Virus record (IMG/VR): IMGVR_UViG_2698536418_000025
Strand: one strand, 5' to 3'
DNA from: a virus
Lineage: Duplodnaviria > Heunggongvirae > Uroviricota > Caudoviricetes
DNA length: 11,003 bases
Part shown: one piece after another, positions 1 through 7,042 of the stretch
How positions within the stretch are numbered: position 1 is the stretch's first letter
Layout of the letters: the number at the start of each line of letters is the position of its first letter
Notes under the pieces: model-generated
What the model saw: only the letters and a program-made list of their open reading frames with translations
Told to the model about the DNA's origin: nothing
Databases searched by the model: none
Translations under genes and position numbers: made by a program

Positions 1-105
1 TTACTCTAATGCATCAGCAGGCCATGTTCCATTTACTTCATAAGTGTTTTTTAAATTAACAGCATAAAAAGCATTTTCCGAAGGGGAATAAATATATTGA
101 TTCAT
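1..105 (-). pseudogene. Short ORF (34 aa) resembling the N-terminus of a tail-fibre assembly chaperone; probably a truncated remnant
   Basis: Hand translation of the reverse strand 105->1 gives MNQYIYSPSENAFYAVNLKNTYEVNGTWPADALE followed by TAA at 3..1. The ATG (105-103) lies 1 nt after the TAA of the upstream fibre ORF, with AGGAAG about 5 nt upstream, as in coupled fibre/chaperone pairs. The F-Y...G-W-P-A-D-A-L-E pattern is typical of Tfa N-termini, but full-length Tfa proteins are about 150-200 aa. Confidence 0.35.
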
Positions 106-106
106 A

Positions 107-1267
107 TTATCTTCCTATTGCGATAATCATAGTTCCATACAAACCATTTCCGGTTGATACTTTTAAGGTTACTGATGTCCTTGTTGTCGTGTACCCCATA
201 AGTTTAAAGGTCGGAGCAGCGGTTAATGAGCCATCTGACCATAAGGCACTAACAGCCAGTGCGCCTGAAGGAAATGCAATAGGGAAATTACCTGTAGTTC
301 CGTTAGTGTCCGCCCCATAAACATTCATCGAAAACATTTGGACAATATGACCACTTGGTAACTGAAACCAGTTTTTGCCAGATGGAAATGCAGACATATC
401 TGGTATCTGATTTTCCCCTGTTCCCACATTCCGTTTTGCCGCTTCTCCCAAACCAAGGTAATCAAGAACTCCCTGAGTGCTGGTTTTACCAAGAATGGCA
501 CGTCCAACACTTGTCAACGCGGTTAACGCGGCACGATCTGCCCCTGTAAAATATGGGAGTTTATCTGCTGATGTAGCAAGCTCCGCCAGCGCCGTCAGGG
601 TGGCATCCTTCGGTTGCTTACCCGCAAGCGCGTTAGTCATGGTGGTCGCAAAATTCGGGTCATTGCCCAGCGCCGCAGCCAGTTCGTTCAGCGTGTTCAG
701 TGCATCAGGTGACGAATCTACAAGTGCGGCAATCGCGGCCATAACGAAAGCCGTGCTTGCGATCTGGGTACTATTAGTTCCCTGTGGCGCTGTTGGTGTT
801 GTTGGCGTTCCGGTCAGTGCCGGGCTGTTTAATGGTGCTTTCTTGTTCGTTTCATCCATTACCACCTTAACAGCTTTTGGTGTCGCTGCCAGCGTTTCAG
901 ACGTGCTGTTCGTGGCGCTACTGAGCTGAACAATCCCTTTTTGTATAGTGGTGGCGTTCTGGGCGGTATATTTCCCGTTAGCCAGGTCATATGCAGCCTT
1001 AACCGCTTTCGGTGTTGCGGCCAGTGTTTCTGATTCACTGTTAATTGCACTGCTTAACTGAGTAAAACCTTTTGCGGTCAGCGAGGCGTCCGGGTGACGT
1101 CGTGACTGTTCGTGCTCTGAGATTTTATCATCCACATATTTGCGGGTTGCCAGAACCACAGACGGGTCGATTTTCAGCGTGATAGCTTCGGTGTTCGTGA
1201 CAACCAGAATCATGCGGATAGTCTGGGTGCGTCCACTGCCTTCCTGCAACTGCGGTTTGATTCCCAT
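107..1267 (-). CDS. P2 gpH-like tail fibre protein, N-terminally truncated, with conserved shaft repeats and a distinct C-terminal receptor-binding domain
   Basis: The 386-aa ORF carries the repeated fibre motif SLTAKGFTQLSSAxNSxSETLAATPKAVK (twice), then VMDETNKKAPLNSPALTG, and a C-terminal domain ending ...GNGLYGTMIIAIGR. The reading frame is closed by TAA at 1307-1309, only 14 codons upstream of the first ATG, so the roughly 100-aa N-terminal region seen in full-length H-type fibres (as recalled) is absent. Confidence 0.8.
   Translation of the reverse strand: MGIKPQLQEGSGRTQTIRMILVVTNTEAITLKIDPSVVLATRKYVDDKISEHEQSRRHPDASLTAKGFTQLSSAINSESETLAATPKAVKAAYDLANGKYTAQNATTIQKGIVQLSSATNSTSETLAATPKAVKVVMDETNKKAPLNSPALTGTPTTPTAPQGTNSTQIASTAFVMAAIAALVDSSPDALNTLNELAAALGNDPNFATTMTNALAGKQPKDATLTALAELATSADKLPYFTGADRAALTALTSVGRAILGKTSTQGVLDYLGLGEAAKRNVGTGENQIPDMSAFPSGKNWFQLPSGHIVQMFSMNVYGADTNGTTGNFPIAFPSGALAVSALWSDGSLTAAPTFKLMGYTTTRTSVTLKVSTGNGLYGTMIIAIGR
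443..468. other. 26-bp Hin/Gin/Cin-type recombinase crossover site (site 1) inside the fibre gene at the shaft/variable junction
   Basis: TTCTCCCAAACCAAGGTAATCAAGAA has 12-bp imperfect inverted half-sites around a central AA, resembling hix (TTCTTGAAAACCAAGGTTTTTGATAA) and gix. It encodes LDYLGLGE in the fibre reading frame. Confidence 0.6.
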
Positions 1268-1476
1268 GAGTTTAAATCCATCGAACGGCAGATAGCATAA
1301 CCCGCCTTATGTATACCAGGTTCATCCAGACAGGAATATGCAGGGATACCGACACCAATGGCAAGATATTCATTTGAAGTAGAAATATATTCCCGAGTTT
1401 TACCATCATAGTTATAGACGGTAATATTCCCCGCCTTCGTGGCAATAAGCTCGCTATTTAATACGGCGTTATCCAT
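1210..1476 (-). pseudogene. Tail-fibre assembly chaperone (Tfa) N-terminal fragment, truncated and overlapping the start of the downstream fibre ORF
   Basis: The 88-aa ORF contains TVYNYDGKTREYISTSNEYLAIGVGIPAYSCLD, a typical Tfa N-terminal motif. It starts in a TAATG overlap with the stop of the preceding fibre cassette. Tfa-like similarity ends near residue 70 and the frame runs into the fibre ORF in another frame. Confidence 0.6.
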
Positions 1477-1997
1477 TATGCAGCCCTCACGATATAGTTA
1501 AATGCAATATTTCGTGGACGGGTTTCACTCCCGCCAGTATTACCGATACTCCCTCGTGAATGAAGTGTCGGTGATGGGATCAGACTCCCTCCTGTATTTG
1601 TGGCATCAAGTCCACGTCCTTGTGTGTATGTCTTTTTGAAAATCGTAGCCAGTTCCCATTCATCTTTTGTGTCGTAACCATCATTGGCAACAACAATATG
1701 GCGGTGTTTTTCCAGCATCCCTGTCTGAATGCTCAATAAAACACGTCCTGCATCAATACCGCGCCCGTCATCCCAGCCACGAATAAACTCACCACGTAAA
1801 TCAGGTAATTTATTTGTCGGATAAGCCTTTGCCAGTTCCGGGTATTCTTCAGCAGAAAAAGCCGCACCGTTGCATTTCAGCCAGCCTGTTGGCGGTGTGG
1901 CTGAAGGCCATGGAACAGGCACACCAACAGGTAATGCAGAGCCTTCTCCCAAACCAACGTTTAAGAAAATGCAGAGATTACGGCTAACTGGCATCAT
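1476..1997 (-). CDS. Tail-fibre variable C-terminal cassette (Mu S / P2 H type receptor-binding domain), apparently promoterless
   Basis: The 173-aa ORF has the motif PVGVPVPWPSATPPTGWLKCNGAAFSAEEYPELAKAYPTNKLPDLRGEFIRGWDDGRGID typical of Mu S / P2 H C-termini. Crossover site 2 lies in codons 10-18, and there is no fibre shaft region upstream. Confidence 0.7.
   Translation of the reverse strand: MMPVSRNLCIFLNVGLGEGSALPVGVPVPWPSATPPTGWLKCNGAAFSAEEYPELAKAYPTNKLPDLRGEFIRGWDDGRGIDAGRVLLSIQTGMLEKHRHIVVANDGYDTKDEWELATIFKKTYTQGRGLDATNTGGSLIPSPTLHSRGSIGNTGGSETRPRNIAFNYIVRAA
1944..1969. other. 26-bp Hin/Gin/Cin-type recombinase crossover site (site 2), 55 bp upstream of the invertase start codon
   Basis: TTCTCCCAAACCAACGTTTAAGAAAA shares its first 14 bp exactly with site 1 in the same orientation. 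It encodes FLNVGLGE in the cassette reading frame. Confidence 0.65.
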
Positions 1998-2024
1998 CCC
2001 CGGTTTTTATTCAGGGGATCCATC

Positions 2025-2624
2025 ATGCTTATTGGCTATGTCCGCGTATCAACAAATGACCAGAATACAGAATTGCAGCGTAACGCGCTGGAGTGCGCAG
2101 GATGTGAACTGATTTTTGAAGATAAAATCAGCGGAACGAAATCAGCCAGACCGGGATTGAAAAAACTGCTCAGAACGCTATCAGAAGGAGATACGCTGGT
2201 TGTCTGGAAGCTGGACAGACTGGGCAGAAGTATGAAACACCTGATCACGCTTATTGAGGAATTGCGGGAAAAAGGTGTTAATTTCCGTAGTCTGACGGAC
2301 AGCATTGACACATCAACACCCATGGGGCGTTTCTTTTTTCACGTCATGGGAGCTTTAGCCGAAATGGAACGTGAATTAATTGTAGAGCGTACACTGGCCG
2401 GGCTGGCAGCAGCACGCGCACAAGGACGCATTGGCGGACGTCGCCCGAAGTTGACAAAAGAACAACACGAGCAAATAGCGAGGCTGATTAAAAACGGTCA
2501 TGACAGGAAACAACTGGCGATCATTTACGACATCGGCATATCGACGATTTATCGTTATCACCCTGTAGGCGATATACAGGCTGAAGAAACAATCAGGCAG
2601 ATTCAGGAAAATGAAAACCGCTAA
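2025..2624 (+). CDS. Serine-recombinase DNA invertase (Gin/Pin/Cin/Hin family)
   Basis: The 199-aa ORF begins MLIGYVRVSTNDQNTELQRNAL with the catalytic Ser in the VRVST motif, and contains GDTLVVWKLDRLGRS, SLTDSIDTSTPMGRFFFHVMGALAEMERELIVERT and a C-terminal helix-turn-helix region. It closely resembles Gin/Pin as recalled. Confidence 0.95.
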   Translation: MLIGYVRVSTNDQNTELQRNALECAGCELIFEDKISGTKSARPGLKKLLRTLSEGDTLVVWKLDRLGRSMKHLITLIEELREKGVNFRSLTDSIDTSTPMGRFFFHVMGALAEMERELIVERTLAGLAAARAQGRIGGRRPKLTKEQHEQIARLIKNGHDRKQLAIIYDIGISTIYRYHPVGDIQAEETIRQIQENENR

Positions 2625-2643
2625 TCTGACCATTAGCGGTTTT
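2614..2643. terminator. Bidirectional intrinsic terminator between the convergent invertase and U genes
   Basis: A perfect 12-bp inverted repeat, AAAACCGCTAAT (2614-2625) and ATTAGCGGTTTT (2632-2643), surrounds a 6-nt loop. A/T runs flank the stem on both strands, and the stem overlaps the invertase stop codon (2622-2624). Confidence 0.55.
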
Positions 2644-2650
2644 GCGTTAA

Positions 2651-3145
2651 TCAAAACAGCCCTTTAACGGAGCTGGCCGCGCTGTTAAGGGATGATGTGA
2701 CCTTATCTTTGAAGCCGGACAGCATATCACTGAACGATGAGGATTGCAGGCGCTCCCGCAAATCCTCATCACAGCGTTCAAGAGTCAGTGAAAATTCTAT
2801 CTTTTTCGCCTTACCGTAGCGATCAAACTCGGAGCGGGTCGTATTCGTTTCAGTCAGTACATACATGCCGTAAATCTGTCCGACGCCATCAATCAGAGGC
2901 CAGGGGCGTCCTGTATACGCCTGCGTGGTCAGCAGCGACAGCGACACTTCGCCACCTGTGATTTCAGGATAAAGCACACCAGAAAGCACGATGCGATCAT
3001 CGCCTGCCCCGATATACTGCCAGCTTGCTGAACGGTTAACGCGTTCATTTTTCACATGCCGCCAGCTTTTATTTTGCTGTAACTGCTGATGCGGCAATGT
3101 GCGCAGCTCAAAAACAAACATGCCGTAGATCATCATCATGGCCAT
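2651..3145 (-). CDS. U: P2 gpU-family tail protein
   Basis: The 164-aa ORF lies immediately downstream of the tape-measure gene in the P2 gene order; size and sequence pattern (...TGGEVSLSLL...GRPWPLIDGVGQIYGMYVLTE...) match gpU as recalled. Confidence 0.8.
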   Translation of the reverse strand: MAMMMIYGMFVFELRTLPHQQLQQNKSWRHVKNERVNRSASWQYIGAGDDRIVLSGVLYPEITGGEVSLSLLTTQAYTGRPWPLIDGVGQIYGMYVLTETNTTRSEFDRYGKAKKIEFSLTLERCDEDLRERLQSSSFSDMLSGFKDKVTSSLNSAASSVKGLF

Positions 3146-3151
3146 GACTCC

Positions 3152-5995
3152 TCAATCTTTATCGTAAAAACTGCCACGTCCGGCACGGTCGCGTCGTTCC
3201 AATTCTGCCCTGACCATTTCACCGACCAGTTTCGCCAGTTCGCGGGGATTCTGCGTAACAACGTTATGCAGATGAACATGAATTTCACCGCCAAATCCGG
3301 AGACAACAGGCTCCCGGTTACGGGAAGTTGCAGGAACTGATGCCACTGGCGATCGTATGGCCTCCGCCACCGGGCGGGAGCTGGCCGCAACAACAGGGAC
3401 CAGCGCCGGAGGCAGAGGAGTCGGGACCACGGGTGTGATGTTGATTGCGGAAGCAGGCTTACTGACCTGCGCAATCTTCCGCTCCTGCCACTCCCCACGA
3501 ACAGCAAGTGCGCGGGGCAGGTTCTTAAAGACAATATCGCCGGGGCCAATGCGTTTTTTCGTCTCATCAACCAGCTTACCTGTGTTATCAGCAATTTTGC
3601 TGAGTCTGCGTAGCGTACCGGTATTGCTGTCTGTGAGCGGTTTGTTGTCTTTGGGTTTATCACCTCCGGTGCCATTGCCATTTTCCACAGGCTTCGGCGG
3701 ATTGATTTTCGCCAGGTCCCCCTGAAGCAAGGCAACCTTGTCCTGAAGAATGGCCGCACGCTGTGCGTCTTCGATTTTCTTGCGCGCCCTTTCCGCTTCA
3801 TCCGGAAGGACGCCAAGTTTTTCAAGTATCCACGCCAGCGTATCCAGTAGCATTTTTGCAGGCGTCAGAACAAGTTGTAACGCACCGCCAAGAACGTTAC
3901 CGAATATCTCGCCAGCACTGGTACATTTATCCAGCGTTTCCTTGCTGGACTCCATCGGTGACAGCAGCGATTTAAACCAGTTAAACACCTGGCTGATCCC
4001 GCTTCCGATTGCGTCAAAAACAGGACCAAACCGTTCAAAGGTTTCGCGCAACGGGGCCAGCCTTTCCATAATCCCGCTGAACACCCCGGCAAAAAATGCC
4101 CTGATGGGATCCCAGTATTTCCAGATAAGAACGGCAGCTCCGGCAAGCGCAGCCACGATAAGACCAACCGGACTGAACAGCGCCCCGATAGCACCCCCCA
4201 GCAAAGAAACGGAACCCGTCACCATTCCCCATAGTGCTGGCAGGAGCCTGACAGCATTCATTGATCCGGTCAGGAGGGAAAAACCAAGACGCAGTTTTGC
4301 CAGTGGGCCAGCAAGCACACCAAGAGCAAGCGACAACGAGCCTACGGTTGCAGTCACTGCCAGCAGCGCACCGCCTGCAATCAGTAGCTGGCGCGTCAGT
4401 ACAGGATGGGCCTGCGCCAGTGCCGTCACCTTTGAGACCACCCGCGTTAGCCACTGCGTGACAGAACGCAGCGGACCGTCAATCAGATCTGCAATGCGGA
4501 TGCGCAACCCTTCCCATGCACTGCCGAGTGATTTCAGATCGCCGTCAAGGTTGTTGGCCATAACCTTTGCCGTGCGCTCAGCCTCACCGCGCGCGCCTTC
4601 AAGTTCTTTTCTCAGTTTAGGTAAGGAGCCGTCACCTGCCGCATCAACGAGGGCCATAAATGATGTGAAAGCCTCTTCTCCGGCAATGTCCTTAAAGAAC
4701 GATACCCGGTCAACTTCCCCGTATTTGCGGGTGGCTTTATAAAGGTCGGCCAGCAAATCCTCCATCGGGCGCATTTTGCCGTTCGCATCAGAGACGGACA
4801 CGCCCAGCTCTTTCAGAGCTTCTGCCGCCGCCTTTGGCGGTGATGCCAGACGAGCCAGGCTGGCACGCATTGCCGTCCCGGCATCACTTCCCCTGATACC
4901 CATATTCGCCAGTACGCCCGCCATCGCTGCGGCCTGCTCCAGCGATATTCCCAGCTTGCCCGCCACCGGACCTGCATATTTCATGGTTTCACCCAGTGCG
5001 CGAAGGTCAGTGTTGGTACGGGTAAACGCTGCGGTAAGTGTGTCACCGACCCGGTCCATCTGGTCAGCAGAAAGGCCGAACTGCGTCAGGATATTTGAGC
5101 CAATATCCGCCGTCTCGCCGAGATCCATACCGCCAGCCGTTGCCATGCTCAGCACGCCGGGAAGCGCAGCCTGAATGGCCTGCGGAGTAAAACCAGCCAT
5201 TGCAAGAAATGCCTGCCCACTGGCGGCATCGCCTGCGGTGAACTGCGTTTCAGAGCCAAGTTTTAACGCCTGCTCACGCAGCGCCTTAAACTGCGGGCTG
5301 TTTTTGTCGATTCGCGTCAGTGCCTGAACGCGGGACATCTCTTTCCCGAACCCGATCGCAGGCTGCAAAAAACGCCCGGCAGCATAGCCGCCCGCAGCTG
5401 CCGCACCAATTGCCAGCGCACCACCTGTTTTCAGTTTTCCCGCTGTTTCCTGTGCGCGCGAATACCGCTCACGCGCCCGCGTTACACGCGCAAGCGCCTG
5501 CCGTTCGCGTTCAAGCTGGTTGTTGTACTGTTCGGTGCGTCTGATGGCCTGCTGGATGGTGTTATCGCTGCCTGTCAGGGAAATGCCGTGGCGTTTCAGC
5601 TCTCCGCCAAGCTCCCGCATTTTCTGAATTTCCCGTGTGCGCGATTCATTCAGGCGTTCAAGCCGGGTGCTTAACTGCTGCATCAGCTTTTGTTGTTTTT
5701 CGCTGAGCACTGTACCCGTGCGTTGTAACTGATTAAGGGCGTTAAGCTGGCGTCGTGCTTTCACGATACCCGCATCCGCTTTACTGACAGCGTCGCGGGC
5801 GCGCTCAAATGAACGCGCCTGACGCTCGAGATTTTTGATCGCCCCCTGCGTTCGCTGGATGGAGTCACCAAACTGCCCCATCAGGCGGCGTGCGTTTTCT
5901 GCAGGTCGGGTCAGCCTGTCAACGGCGCTGAAAGCGACCCGGATATCAAGAGTCTTCATTGTCTGCATTCCCGCTGCGAAGTGCCGCCCGCTCAC
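3152..5995 (-). CDS. T: Tail tape-measure protein (P2 gpT family)
   Basis: The 947-aa ORF has a coiled-coil-rich N-terminal region, Gly/Ala-rich hydrophobic segments, and sits between E/E' and U. The track start at 5995 is GTG; in-frame ATGs at 5966-5968 and 5957-5959 (the latter with GGGA 9 nt upstream) are alternative starts. Confidence 0.9.
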   Translation of the reverse strand: MSGRHFAAGMQTMKTLDIRVAFSAVDRLTRPAENARRLMGQFGDSIQRTQGAIKNLERQARSFERARDAVSKADAGIVKARRQLNALNQLQRTGTVLSEKQQKLMQQLSTRLERLNESRTREIQKMRELGGELKRHGISLTGSDNTIQQAIRRTEQYNNQLERERQALARVTRARERYSRAQETAGKLKTGGALAIGAAAAGGYAAGRFLQPAIGFGKEMSRVQALTRIDKNSPQFKALREQALKLGSETQFTAGDAASGQAFLAMAGFTPQAIQAALPGVLSMATAGGMDLGETADIGSNILTQFGLSADQMDRVGDTLTAAFTRTNTDLRALGETMKYAGPVAGKLGISLEQAAAMAGVLANMGIRGSDAGTAMRASLARLASPPKAAAEALKELGVSVSDANGKMRPMEDLLADLYKATRKYGEVDRVSFFKDIAGEEAFTSFMALVDAAGDGSLPKLRKELEGARGEAERTAKVMANNLDGDLKSLGSAWEGLRIRIADLIDGPLRSVTQWLTRVVSKVTALAQAHPVLTRQLLIAGGALLAVTATVGSLSLALGVLAGPLAKLRLGFSLLTGSMNAVRLLPALWGMVTGSVSLLGGAIGALFSPVGLIVAALAGAAVLIWKYWDPIRAFFAGVFSGIMERLAPLRETFERFGPVFDAIGSGISQVFNWFKSLLSPMESSKETLDKCTSAGEIFGNVLGGALQLVLTPAKMLLDTLAWILEKLGVLPDEAERARKKIEDAQRAAILQDKVALLQGDLAKINPPKPVENGNGTGGDKPKDNKPLTDSNTGTLRRLSKIADNTGKLVDETKKRIGPGDIVFKNLPRALAVRGEWQERKIAQVSKPASAINITPVVPTPLPPALVPVVAASSRPVAEAIRSPVASVPATSRNREPVVSGFGGEIHVHLHNVVTQNPRELAKLVGEMVRAELERRDRAGRGSFYDKD

Positions 5996-6475
5996 GCCAG
6001 CTAACCACTTCGCCGGGCGTCATCATGAAGATTTCGGCGGGCGACCAGTTAAAAATAACGGCAATATCTGCCACAAAGTCTTCTATGTGCTCAAAGCACA
6101 CAACCGTGATCAGGCTTCCGTCGCCTGTTCGTTCTTCCCGCCAGAGTCCGCACCGCTCAAAAAATTTACGGCAACCACACATAACTGAATAAAGTCACGG
6201 GATGCCATTTTTTTGATCGTCACTTCATCCAGTCGCGGTGATGTCACGCGTGACAGCAGCGTAAACATGGATTCCGCTTTCAGATTCAGCACATCAGACA
6301 GCGACAAATCTCGCAGAGATCCAGCCTGCTCAATAGCCCCGGTGATCTCCACATACGTGATTTTTTCGCCGCCTCGCTCAATTGGTTGGGTAAGTTTTAC
6401 GCCACGCTCACTGGTTTCTTTCACAGTGTCAGCAACTACCGTGTTTTCGGTATCGATGTTTTTCGTCTCTTTCAT
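5946..6475 (-). CDS. E': Tail assembly chaperone E+E' (-1 programmed frameshift product)
   Basis: The E frame (6110-6475) and the E' frame (5946-6182) overlap at a slippery T-TTT-TTG heptamer, with E' in the -1 frame. This is the arrangement upstream of tape-measure genes in P2-like and lambda-like tails. Confidence 0.7.
6110..6475 (-). CDS. E: Tail assembly chaperone gpE
   Basis: The 121-aa ORF between the tube and tape-measure genes has AAGGAG upstream of its ATG and ends ...VAVNFLSGADSGGKNEQATEA. Confidence 0.85.
   Translation of the reverse strand: MKETKNIDTENTVVADTVKETSERGVKLTQPIERGGEKITYVEITGAIEQAGSLRDLSLSDVLNLKAESMFTLLSRVTSPRLDEVTIKKMASRDFIQLCVVAVNFLSGADSGGKNEQATEA
6158..6164 (-). 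other. Slippery heptamer TTTTTTG for the E/E' -1 translational frameshift
   Basis: Plus-strand caaaaaa at 6158-6164 is TTTTTTG on the minus strand. The E frame reads AAT-TTT-TTG (N-F-L) and the E' frame reads TTT-TTT-GAG (F-F-E). Confidence 0.7.
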
Positions 6476-6529
6476 CAGGAAACTCCTTTCAGTCAGAGGC
6501 GGCGCACTGCGCCGCCTGCATATTACTTA

Positions 6530-7042
6530 TCAGCCAAGCCCAAGCGCGGAACGGATGCGATCAGGCACGATGTCCTTGCCGTCCTTCCGGTAGATGTGGT
6601 TCAGCAGGTCGATTTCCCACAGCGGACGATCGTTAACGCTCAGCTTGTAGTAGGTGTTTTTGACAGCGTAAGTGTGTGATGTGGCTTCGCCCTGTTTGGC
6701 TTCCCCCATATCAATTTCCGTCACACGCCCGCGCATCTCGATTTCATACAGATCACTTTCTGCATCGGTGTAGTATTCACCCGCAAAACGCAGCAACGTG
6801 CCGTCAATCGTGCCGCCATATTTAAGGAACAGCTCACGAACTGCGCCCCCCATGACAAAACTCGCATCAAGCGCAGAATCATCAAGACCGAGGTCGATAC
6901 TCACCGCCCCCATCATGCCACCGCCACGATAGCTTTCAGTTTTGCGCGTCAGTTTAGGTGGAGTGACGGACGTCACCTTACCCACTTCGTTTTCACCATT
7001 CACAAACAGCGTAAAAAAGCGAAGATGTTTTGGTACAGCCAT
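6530..7042 (-). CDS. FII: Tail tube protein (P2 gpFII family)
   Basis: The 170-aa ORF has PPKLTRKTESYRGGGMMGA...DLGLDDSALDA...RFAG..Y, matching the P2 FII pattern as recalled. Its start overlaps the sheath gene stop (ATGA-type coupling at 7042). Confidence 0.9.
   Translation of the reverse strand: MAVPKHLRFFTLFVNGENEVGKVTSVTPPKLTRKTESYRGGGMMGAVSIDLGLDDSALDASFVMGGAVRELFLKYGGTIDGTLLRFAGEYYTDAESDLYEIEMRGRVTEIDMGEAKQGEATSHTYAVKNTYYKLSVNDRPLWEIDLLNHIYRKDGKDIVPDRIRSALGLG

Noticed and set aside
477-929. 150-aa plus-strand ORF
   Set aside because: It is antisense to the tail-fibre gene, low-complexity (Ala/Ser/Val-rich), and has no start context; it is a typical shadow ORF.
443-1969. Sites 1 and 2 as the two ends of a simple invertible segment
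   Set aside because: The shared 14-bp arm is in the same orientation on the same strand (direct repeats), so this pair cannot by itself define an invertible segment.
3136-3825. 229-aa minus-strand ORF overlapping the 3' end of the tape-measure gene and the U start
   Set aside because: It is an alternate frame of the tape-measure gene, Arg/Trp-rich, with no independent signal.
3750-4742. 330-aa plus-strand ORF, and other plus-strand ORFs at 3357-3725, 4261-4461, 4776-5174 and 5320-5544
   Set aside because: All lie antisense inside the tape-measure gene and are Ser/Pro/Ala/Arg-rich low-complexity translations of GC-rich antisense sequence.
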